Below are positions 56,504 to 64,000 of a stretch of 64,000 nt of DNA, piece by piece. A program made the translations under genes and the position numbers. The DNA is taken from positions 3,168,001 through 3,232,000 of the forward strand of contig OZ220089.1 of the NCBI GenBank assembly GCA_964291625.2, written 5' to 3'. Position 1 is the stretch's first letter. Each line of letters begins with the position of its first letter. The notes under the pieces were generated by a model that did not search any database, was not told the origin of the DNA, and was given only the letters and a program-made list of their open reading frames with translations. The stretch comes from Candidatus Latescibacterota bacterium (GTDB lineage: Bacteria; Latescibacterota; UBA2968; UBA8231).

Positions 56504-58779
56504 GAGCGATCGTACGGATCACCGCGCTCTGGCTGCTGGCCGCCGGCGCCGCCCGGGCGGGCACCCTGAGCGGATTCGTGACCGACGCCGACAACGGCGA
56601 GGCCCTGCCCCTGGCGGCGGTGGTCGTGGAGGGGATCCGCATGGGGGCGACCAGCAACAGCAGCGGCTACTATGCCGTCAAGCAGGTGCCGGACGGCGAG
56701 TACGTGGTCACCGCCTCCTACATCGGCTACGGGACCCTGCGGGACACGCTGCGCTTCGAGGCCGGGGTCGACATCCGGCGGGACTGGTCCCTGACCTGGC
56801 AGCCTATCCTCGAAGAGGCGGTCGTCGTCGAGGCCGAGAGCGAGGAGGAGGAGGAACAGGCCACCCAGAGCAGCTTCATCGCCCTCCAGGTGGAGCCCCT
56901 TCAGCAGATGCCGGCCATGGGCGAGGCCGACCTGCTTCGCAGCCTGCAGTTGCTGCCCGGCATCCAGTCGGCCTCCGACCTCACCAGCGGTCTCTACGTG
57001 CGCGGCGGCGGTCCGGACCAGACGGCCATCCTCCTCGACCACATCCCCCTCTACAACCCCTCCCACCTCTTCGGGTTCTTCTCCACCTTCAACCCCGACG
57101 CGATCAAGGACGTGCAGCTCTACAAGGGGGCCTACCCGGCGAAGTACGGCCGCACCCTCGGGGCCGTCCTCGACGTGGCCAACCGCGAGGGCAACCGCCA
57201 GCGCTTCAGCGGCCGCGGCGGCATCAGCCTCATCTCCAGCCGCCTGCTGGCCGAGGGGCCGATCGACGGCGGCTCGTGGATGGCCGCCGGGCGCCGCACC
57301 TACCTGGAGCCCGTCCTCGGCGCCGTCCGCGCCTTCGACGTCGACATCCCCCTCAGCTACTACTTCTACGACTTCAACGGCAAGATCAACCAGCGGCGCG
57401 GCGACGACACCTTCACCCTGAGCACCTACCTGGGCCAGGACGACCTGCGGGCGGAGTTCTTTCGGGAATCGTCCAGCGCCGACACGTCGAGCACAGACCA
57501 GGAAGACGTAGAGGCGTCCTTCGCCGACCTGCGCTGGGGCAACCGCGCCGTGACGGCGCGCTGGACGCGGGTGTTCTCGCCCGATCTCTTCGGCCACTTC
57601 ATGGCAGCCGGCTCCTACTACGAGAGCGTCCTCGACTTCAGCTTCTTCAACACTCCCTTCACCGTCGTCAACAGCATCCGCGACCTGTCCCTCAAGGGCG
57701 ACCTCGACTACTTCGCCCACCGGGACCACACCCTCACCCTCGGCTTCCTGGCCACCCTTTACAGGTTCCACTTCGCCCAGAGCTTCAACGGCGAGGAGCA
57801 GGACGACCTGCGCCAGGGCTCGGTGCTGATCTCGGCCTACGTGCAGGACGAGTGGGAGCCCGACCCGGTCACGCGGCTGCGCCTCGGGGGGCGGGCCGCC
57901 TGGTTCAGCGAAGGCGGCCGCCTGCATTTCACCCCGCGCCTCTCCCTCAGCCGGGCCCTCACCGACAAGGTGCGCGTCAAGTTCGCCGGGGGGATGTACC
58001 GCCAGTACCTGCAGTTGATCACCACCGAGGGCTTCACCGGCGGCGACGGCTGGGTGCCCCTGGACGACAGCGTCGAGCCCGGGCGCTCCTGGCAGGGAGT
58101 GGCCGGCGCCGAGTGGAACCCGTCGCGGACCTGGCAGTTCACGGTGGAGGGATACTACACGGACCTGGCGAACCTCGTGGTCCTCGACACCGCCGTGGCC
58201 GCCGACAGCGAAGCCGGCAACTCCGAGGAGATCTTCGTCAGCGGCGGCACCGGCTGGGCCCGCGGCGTCGAGCTCTTCCTGCAACGGCGCTCGGGACCTC
58301 TCACCGGCTGGGTGGGCTACACCCTTGGCTGGACGCGGCGCACCTTCCCGGAGCTGAACCAGGGGCGCGCCTTCCCCCCCAAGTACGACCGCCGCCACGA
58401 CCTCTCCTTCGTCGTCTCCTACCGGGTCGGGAAGTGGCGCCTGGGCTCCAACCTCGTGTACGCCACGGGGCAGGCCTTCACCCCGGCCTCGGTGCGCTAC
58501 TCACTGCGCGAGCCGACTACCGGCGTGGTCGAGGACTACGTGCTGCCGTCGCGGCGCAACAGTGGCCGCCTGCTGCCCTACCACCGCCTCGACGTCAGCG
58601 TCACCCGCGACCTGTCGCTGTGGGGCCTCGAGTCCGAGCTCTTCCTGCAGGTCTTCAACCTCTACAGCCGGCGCAACGAATGGTTCGTCCAGTACTCCAC
58701 CGACGAAGCCGAGACCCGGGCGGAGGTGGTCCAGCAGTTGCCCGTCGTGCCTACGCTGGGCCTCAACTTTGCATTCTAG
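56500..58779 (+). CDS. TonB-dependent receptor with N-terminal carboxypeptidase-regulatory-like domain
   Basis: LSGFVTDADNGEAL, GEADLLRSLQLLPG, VRGGGPDQ, YDRRH, YHRLD, C-terminal Phe. Confidence 0.93.
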   Translation: MRAIVRITALWLLAAGAARAGTLSGFVTDADNGEALPLAAVVVEGIRMGATSNSSGYYAVKQVPDGEYVVTASYIGYGTLRDTLRFEAGVDIRRDWSLTWQPILEEAVVVEAESEEEEEQATQSSFIALQVEPLQQMPAMGEADLLRSLQLLPGIQSASDLTSGLYVRGGGPDQTAILLDHIPLYNPSHLFGFFSTFNPDAIKDVQLYKGAYPAKYGRTLGAVLDVANREGNRQRFSGRGGISLISSRLLAEGPIDGGSWMAAGRRTYLEPVLGAVRAFDVDIPLSYYFYDFNGKINQRRGDDTFTLSTYLGQDDLRAEFFRESSSADTSSTDQEDVEASFADLRWGNRAVTARWTRVFSPDLFGHFMAAGSYYESVLDFSFFNTPFTVVNSIRDLSLKGDLDYFAHRDHTLTLGFLATLYRFHFAQSFNGEEQDDLRQGSVLISAYVQDEWEPDPVTRLRLGGRAAWFSEGGRLHFTPRLSLSRALTDKVRVKFAGGMYRQYLQLITTEGFTGGDGWVPLDDSVEPGRSWQGVAGAEWNPSRTWQFTVEGYYTDLANLVVLDTAVAADSEAGNSEEIFVSGGTGWARGVELFLQRRSGPLTGWVGYTLGWTRRTFPELNQGRAFPPKYDRRHDLSFVVSYRVGKWRLGSNLVYATGQAFTPASVRYSLREPTTGVVEDYVLPSRRNSGRLLPYHRLDVSVTRDLSLWGLESELFLQVFNLYSRRNEWFVQYSTDEAETRAEVVQQLPVVPTLGLNFAF

Positions 58780-58820
58780 GATGCAACTCTCCTGGCGGAA
58801 GACTGCATGAGGCCAGCAAG

Positions 58821-60014
58821 ATGACTCCCGAATCCAGCCCCTTCAGCCCCGGCCAGCCCGTGCCGATCGAGTTCTTTGTCGGGCGTCTTCCCGAGATCGA
58901 GCGGCTGCGCGGCATGGTCCATGCCAGCACTCGGGGCCGCTTCAAGATCGGCTTTGTCAGCGGCGAGCGGGGTATCGGGAAGAGTTCCCTCGCAGCCTTC
59001 GCCCGCCGCTCGGTCGAGGGCGACTTCGATGTGGCGGGCTGTCACGTCTTCCTGGGCGGCGTTCAGGATCACCGGGAGATGCTGCGCCGAACACTTGACC
59101 GCATCCTGAACGAGAGCGTGGACAAGCCGTGGCATCGACAACTCATGGGTCACTTCGGCGACCGCGTCAGCAAGGTGGGGCTCTTCGGTGTAACGCTCGA
59201 GTTGAATCTCGACGAGAGGGACATGGTGGCCGTGGAGCGTGACTTCGCCGCGTCGATGGGGCGGCTCTTGGAGAGCCTTGGAGAGCACAGGAAGTCCCTC
59301 TTCCTGATCCTCGATGACATCAACGGGTTGGCTGGCTCGGAGGGCTTTGCCAACTGGCTCAAGAGCACGGTTGACGAGATCGCCACCTCCGAGGACGAGT
59401 TGCGCCTCTGCATCCTCGTCGTGGGGCTCGAGGAGAGGCGTCGGGAACTGGTGGAGAGGCAGCCCTCCCTGGCGCGCGTCTTCGAGTTGATCGACATCGC
59501 TCCCTGGTCAGATGACGAAGTTCGCCAGTTCTATCGGGAGTCCTTCGGCGCTGGCGGGGCCGAGATCTCCGAGGAAGGGATGGAATTGCTTCCTCCCTTT
59601 ACCGGCGGCCTGCCGGTCCTGGCGCACGAGATCGGGGACGCGGTCTGGCGGACAGCCCGAGGACCGGACATCGGAAAGAGAGAGGTGCTGAAAGGAATCT
59701 TCATGGCCGCGGAGGTCATCGGACGGAAGCTGCTGAACCCCCAGGTCTTCGATGCCATCCGCAGCGAAAGCTATCACTCCATTTTCCGCAAGATGGCGGA
59801 TCTGCCCGGGACCCGTTTCGGCCGGGCGCAACTCAGGGAGTTCCTGACGGACGCGGAGGCCAAGGGCCTGGACAACTTCCTGCGCCGAATGACGAGTCTG
59901 GGAGCATTGGAGAGAGACCCCGAAACGAGGGGAGCGTACCGCTTCCCCAACCTGCTTCACGCCCTGTACTTCCGCATGGAATCCCAGCGGCGGAGACGTG
60001 AGGAGGGGGCCTGA
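58821..60014 (+). CDS. P-loop ATP-binding protein (AAA_16/STAND-like)
   Basis: PFSPG, FVGR, GERGIGKSS, LILDDIN, TGGLP; more AT-rich codons. Confidence 0.85.
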   Translation: MTPESSPFSPGQPVPIEFFVGRLPEIERLRGMVHASTRGRFKIGFVSGERGIGKSSLAAFARRSVEGDFDVAGCHVFLGGVQDHREMLRRTLDRILNESVDKPWHRQLMGHFGDRVSKVGLFGVTLELNLDERDMVAVERDFAASMGRLLESLGEHRKSLFLILDDINGLAGSEGFANWLKSTVDEIATSEDELRLCILVVGLEERRRELVERQPSLARVFELIDIAPWSDDEVRQFYRESFGAGGAEISEEGMELLPPFTGGLPVLAHEIGDAVWRTARGPDIGKREVLKGIFMAAEVIGRKLLNPQVFDAIRSESYHSIFRKMADLPGTRFGRAQLREFLTDAEAKGLDNFLRRMTSLGALERDPETRGAYRFPNLLHALYFRMESQRRRREEGA

Positions 60015-60934
60015 TGATGCGCTGTCTCCCACTCCTCCTGTGCCTGGCGGCGTGCTCCGCCGACCGCCAGCCCGGGAGTCTCTTCGGCTCGGCGGAGGAG
60101 GACAGCGCCTTGGTGGTCGACGCCCTGCTGCTGGTCGACCAGGACCTGCCCGAACTGTACGTGCGGCGCAGCCTGGCTGCCGACGTCGCGTACGACCGCG
60201 CAGCGACGGGCGTGGCCGACGCCCGGGTCCGCATCCTCCAGGGGGACCGGGTCTTCGAGTACGCCCCCGATACGGAGGAACCCGGCCGTTACCTGCCGCC
60301 CCCGGACCCGCCCCGGGTCGAGCCCCGGACCGAGTACCAGCTCGAGGTCGAGGTAGGCGGCCAGCGCCTGTGGGGGCGCACGACCACGCCGGACCGGCTG
60401 CGGGTGCGGCAGGCGGTGCTCATCGACTGGGAGACCGGCGAGGTCCTGCGCACCCTCAAGTCCTTTGCCGAGGCCGGAGACGGGGTCTGGGAGGCGCCCG
60501 AGAACCAGCTCCTCTACCTGGAGGGGGTGCTCGAGATCCACCTGGAGGCGGCGGCGGCGGCTGGTTACCAGGCGGGGATCTTCTCCCTGGACGAGAGCCC
60601 GGAGAAGGTCAACGAGGATCTGGACGAGTTCTACGACGACGACGTGGACCCGAGCCGGAACGAGTCGCCGCCCCTGGCGGTCACCGAGGGGGTCCTGCGC
60701 TGGCCGTGGTTCGCCGTCTACTACACCGGCCGCTCCATCGTGAAGGTCTACGCCCTCGACCAGAACTGGTTCGACTACGCGCGCACAAACGCCGACCAGC
60801 AGGAGCAGGGAGGGGGTGCCGGCGGACTGGCGGGCGACAACTTCGAGAGGCCCCTGTTCTCCGTGGAGGGAGGGTTGGGCCTCTTCGGCTCGGCGTCGGC
60901 CGATTCGGTGGGCTTCGTGGTGGTGCCGCGCTAG
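60014..60934 (+). CDS. DUF4249-like lipoprotein (TonB receptor partner)
   Basis: Lipobox LAAC, LVVDALL, YQLEVEV..GRTTTP, VEGGLGLFGS. Confidence 0.75.
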   Translation: MMRCLPLLLCLAACSADRQPGSLFGSAEEDSALVVDALLLVDQDLPELYVRRSLAADVAYDRAATGVADARVRILQGDRVFEYAPDTEEPGRYLPPPDPPRVEPRTEYQLEVEVGGQRLWGRTTTPDRLRVRQAVLIDWETGEVLRTLKSFAEAGDGVWEAPENQLLYLEGVLEIHLEAAAAAGYQAGIFSLDESPEKVNEDLDEFYDDDVDPSRNESPPLAVTEGVLRWPWFAVYYTGRSIVKVYALDQNWFDYARTNADQQEQGGGAGGLAGDNFERPLFSVEGGLGLFGSASADSVGFVVVPR

Positions 60935-61743
60935 AGCGGGTCCGGCGAAGCCAGTTCGCGGTTGCTGCCCATGGACGTCTCGCCGCCGTCGGCAAAGAGG
61001 CAGGCGCCGGTGACGAAGGAGGCGTCGTCGGAAGCCAGGAACAGGACGCAGGCGGCGATCTCCTCGGGCCGGGCCGGGCGCCCGAGCATGGTGGCGCGTC
61101 CGACCTCTTCCTTGAATGAGTCGGGGGTCATCCCGGCCGCGGCGGCTCGCCGCTCATGGAAGGGGGTGAAGGTCGGTCCCGGGCAGAGGGCGTTGACCCG
61201 GATCCCTTCTTCGGCATGGTCCAGGGCCATGGCCCGGGTCAGCCCCGTGACCGCTGCCTTGGTGGTGTCGTACTGCACGGCGTTGCGGCTCGCGATCGCC
61301 GCGCTGTTGGAGGCGATGTTGACGATGCTGCCCTTGCCGCCCTGGCGCAGGAAGGGGATCGCGGCCCGGGCGCAGAAGGCGTAGCCCTTGACGTTTACCG
61401 CCCAGATGGTGTCCCAGCTCTCCTCGCTGGCTTCGGCCACGGTGTTGTAGGAACGGATGGCGGCGTTGTTCACGAGGATGTCGAGCCGGCCGAAGTGATC
61501 GACCGTCCGCCGGATGAAGGCGGCGGCCTCGGCTTCGCGGTCCATGCGGGCCTCCACGAACAGCGCCTCCCCGCCGCCGGCCTCGATCTCGCCGGCGACG
61601 CACTCGCCGCGGGGGCCGTCGCGGTCGGAAAAGGCCACCCGCGCGCCCTCCTCCACGAAGCGCCGCACCGTGGCCTCGCCGATGCCGGAGGCGCCGCCGG
61701 TGACGGCCGCGACCCTGCCGTCCAGTCTTCGCCCCGAGGTCAG
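60931..61743 (-). CDS. SDR-family oxidoreductase (putative CTG start)
   Basis: TGGASGIG, NNAA, NIAS, YDTTK, IRVNALCPG, ASFVTG. Confidence 0.9.
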   Translation of the reverse strand: MTSGRRLDGRVAAVTGGASGIGEATVRRFVEEGARVAFSDRDGPRGECVAGEIEAGGGEALFVEARMDREAEAAAFIRRTVDHFGRLDILVNNAAIRSYNTVAEASEESWDTIWAVNVKGYAFCARAAIPFLRQGGKGSIVNIASNSAAIASRNAVQYDTTKAAVTGLTRAMALDHAEEGIRVNALCPGPTFTPFHERRAAAAGMTPDSFKEEVGRATMLGRPARPEEIAACVLFLASDDASFVTGACLFADGGETSMGSNRELASPDPL

Positions 61744-62108
61744 CGCTGCTCGTCCCTGGTGGGGAACTCCGCCGGCATGCAGATCTCGATGACCTCGAAG
61801 TCGTCGGAGAACTCCAGCACCTCGTGGGGGACCCCGGGATCCTGCTGCCAGCTGTCGCCGGCCTCGAAGCGCACCTCGCCGACGTCCTTGAACTCGACCC
61901 GGGTCCAGCCACGCAGCACGTAGTTCATCTGGAACTCGAGATCGTGGGAGTGATAGCCGCCCGGCCCGCTGCAGGATTCGGTGGCGCGGATGACATGGAC
62001 GAGCAACTTGCCCTTGGTGGCCTCGACGCTGCCGAGGTCGCGGTACTCGAAGTAGGTGCGCAGGCCGGGCTTCCACTCAGCCGACTTGTGAAGGGACATG
62101 GTGGCCAT
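61740..62108 (-). CDS. cupin domain protein
   Basis: HSHDLEFQMNYVLRGW, AGDSW..PGVPH. Confidence 0.85.
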   Translation of the reverse strand: MATMSLHKSAEWKPGLRTYFEYRDLGSVEATKGKLLVHVIRATESCSGPGGYHSHDLEFQMNYVLRGWTRVEFKDVGEVRFEAGDSWQQDPGVPHEVLEFSDDFEVIEICMPAEFPTRDEQR

Positions 62109-62198
62109 GCTGATCGATCCTCCGGAGTTGGGGGGGATTGCGGCGGGAGATAGAAACCCCTGGTCGGTCCCAGGGTCAAGGTGGCGTGCCTGCCGCCC

Positions 62199-62876
62199 TC
62201 AGGGCCGCTTGACGGCCCTCACCACCGCCTGGGGCACCGCCCGCCACAGGCAGACCGCGTCGAAGCCGGCCCCCTCCAGGGCGGCGAGCTCCTCCTCCAG
62301 CGGGAAGTAGGTGTCCTCGCCCGACCACTCCTCGAAGTGGCGCCAGGCCTGCTGCTCCTCGATACCGCAGGAGACGAGGTGGGCGGCCCAGCTCTCGTAG
62401 TCGGCCCGGCGGGCGGCGGGGTCGGCGGGCATGGTGGCGTCGGCGTTGATGAAGACGCCGCCGGGGGCCAGGGCCGCGTGGATGGCGGCGAAGATCTCCC
62501 GCTTCCCGGCAAGGGTCGGCACGTGGTGCAGGGCGAGGGAGGCGACCGCCGCGTCGCAGGAGGGCAACGGCCCCTCGAAGGGGCGCACCGAGTAGGTCAC
62601 CCGTGAAGCGAAGGCGGCGAGCCGCTCCCGGGCCTGGTCGAGCATCTCGGCGTCGGCGTCGATGAGCTCCACCGAGGCCCCCTCGCATCGCCGCAGGACG
62701 GTCTCGGCCAGGGCGCCGGTGCCGGCGCCGAGGTCGACCACCCTCCGGGGCCGGGCCTCGGACACGGCCCGGGCGGCTCTCTCCAGCATCTCTTCGTACG
62801 AGGGGATGAAGGCGCGGATCGTGCGGTCGTAGGCCTCGATCTCGACGCGCAGGTGGCGCCGCACGGAATGGCTCAT
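62199..62876 (-). CDS. class I SAM-dependent methyltransferase
   Basis: VVDLGAGTG, SLALHH, LAPGGVFINAD. Confidence 0.88.
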   Translation of the reverse strand: MSHSVRRHLRVEIEAYDRTIRAFIPSYEEMLERAARAVSEARPRRVVDLGAGTGALAETVLRRCEGASVELIDADAEMLDQARERLAAFASRVTYSVRPFEGPLPSCDAAVASLALHHVPTLAGKREIFAAIHAALAPGGVFINADATMPADPAARRADYESWAAHLVSCGIEEQQAWRHFEEWSGEDTYFPLEEELAALEGAGFDAVCLWRAVPQAVVRAVKRP

Positions 62877-63044
62877 CTACCTGTCCGGGGATGGCGGGGA
62901 CCGCTCTCGGCCCGACGAGTATATTCCCCCTTTGCCTCTGCCGACAGGGAGGGGGAGGCTCCAACTCCTGAAGCTGCAGGGCGCCCGGAGGCCGCTTCAC
63001 CTTCTCCGGGAAGGGCGCTCCGCCAGTCTCGAAGGAGATCCATC

Positions 63045-63665
63045 GTGCGACGACTGAATCACCGCGTTTCCCGGCTCACCGCCGTCGCCCTGCTGGCCGG
63101 CGCCACCGGCGCGGCGGCCGATTCCCCCCAGGGGCCCCTGGCCGAACGGGGAACCTGGGCCCTGGGCTTTGACCTGCGCTCGAGCGAGGGCAGCAGCTTC
63201 AGCCTGTGGCGGGTCCGTTCCCCGAAGACCGCCCTGGGCCTGGAAGCAAGCCTCTACTGGAGGCTGATTGAGAGCGACTACGAGAGTCCGGGCCGGAGCG
63301 ATCGCCGCTACCAGCGGCTGTGCCTGGAGTTCCGCCCCACATTGAAGCGCTATCGACCCCTGCGCGACGGGATCGCTGCCTATGTCTACGGGCAGGGCCT
63401 CGCCGGCTTTTGGGGCATGAAGAGAGATCGGGACGACTCTGTATCCATGATCGATCTGGGGGTCGGGCTTGGTCTGGGCGTCGACTGGTTTCCTCTGCAG
63501 CGCATCAGCGTCGGCGGCCGGACCGGGCTGTCCATGAGCTACGGATTCGGCGAGTCCAGCCGATCTTCCAGTCTCCCCGGCGAGGTGGATACGTACCTGT
63601 CCACCGATCGGGCCCTGTACCTCAGGGCCTTCGTGTCCAAGGTGACCGCCCTCGTCTACTTCTAG
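63045..63665 (+). CDS. hypothetical small outer-membrane beta-barrel protein
   Basis: RBS AAGGAG, signal peptide, GLGVDWFP, C-terminal VYF. Confidence 0.6.
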   Translation: MRRLNHRVSRLTAVALLAGATGAAADSPQGPLAERGTWALGFDLRSSEGSSFSLWRVRSPKTALGLEASLYWRLIESDYESPGRSDRRYQRLCLEFRPTLKRYRPLRDGIAAYVYGQGLAGFWGMKRDRDDSVSMIDLGVGLGLGVDWFPLQRISVGGRTGLSMSYGFGESSRSSSLPGEVDTYLSTDRALYLRAFVSKVTALVYF

Positions 63666-63673
63666 GAGGAATC

Positions 63674-64000
63674 ATGCCCAAGATCGTGCACTTCGAGCTG
63701 CCCTTCGACGACGCCGAGCGCGCCAACCGGTTCTACGCCGAGGTCTTCGGCTGGGAGTCCCACAAGTGGGAGGGGCCCCACGAGTACTACCTGCAGCAGA
63801 CCGGTGCGGAGGGCGAGCCAGGGATCCACGGGGCCCTGGCGCCCCGGGAGAGAATGGCGAGCGGCGGCGGCACCCACATCGTCATCGGCGTGGACGACCT
63901 CGACGCCTACGTGGCCAAGGTCACCGCCGCCGGCTGCGACATCGTCACCCCGCGGACCCCCATCCCCGGGGTGGGCTGGTTCGCCGACTTCCGCGACACC
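63674..64000 (+). CDS. VOC/glyoxalase family protein (3' truncated by window edge)
   Basis: MPKIVHFELPFDDAERANRFYAEVFGW..GIHG..VDDLD..IPGVGWFA; RBS AGGAGG. Confidence 0.88.
   Translation, partial: MPKIVHFELPFDDAERANRFYAEVFGWESHKWEGPHEYYLQQTGAEGEPGIHGALAPRERMASGGGTHIVIGVDDLDAYVAKVTAAGCDIVTPRTPIPGVGWFADFRDT

Overview
High-GC bacterial chromosomal window with about 55 densely packed CDSs and gene remnants; I found no rRNA, tRNA, CRISPR array, transposase or integrase. Housekeeping genes: carA (partial), aroC, ltaE, ggt, oadG-oadB-oadA, rnd and rpsU. Other content: a TetR-regulated RND efflux operon (adaptor, two permeases, TolC), carbohydrate/organic-acid genes (double-domain UxaA, Ldh2, SSS symporter, heparinase-like and beta-propeller hydrolases, DUF5916), a TonB receptor/DUF4249 pair, Fe(II)/2OG oxygenases and eukaryote-like repeat proteins (LRR, ankyrin). 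The LGQNYPNPFN sorting domain and this gene mix suggest an FCB-group organism such as Latescibacterota, possibly host-associated (inference). Several small, more AT-rich inserts are present: a PLD-Zn-finger gene, a decayed hicBA-DUF6933 islet and AAA ATPases. Best candidates for undescribed biology: (1) a co-oriented redox cluster of a circularly permuted TrxB-like flavoprotein fused to a membrane 4Fe-4S domain, an exported DUF3179 protein and a YyaL-DsbD-like lipoprotein; (2) a tandem PhyH protein with a halogenase-like HxG motif coupled to an Eis-type GNAT; (3) a translationally coupled ggt / orphan DNA methyltransferase / CgeB glycosyltransferase operon. All family calls come from recognising motifs by eye, not from database searches.
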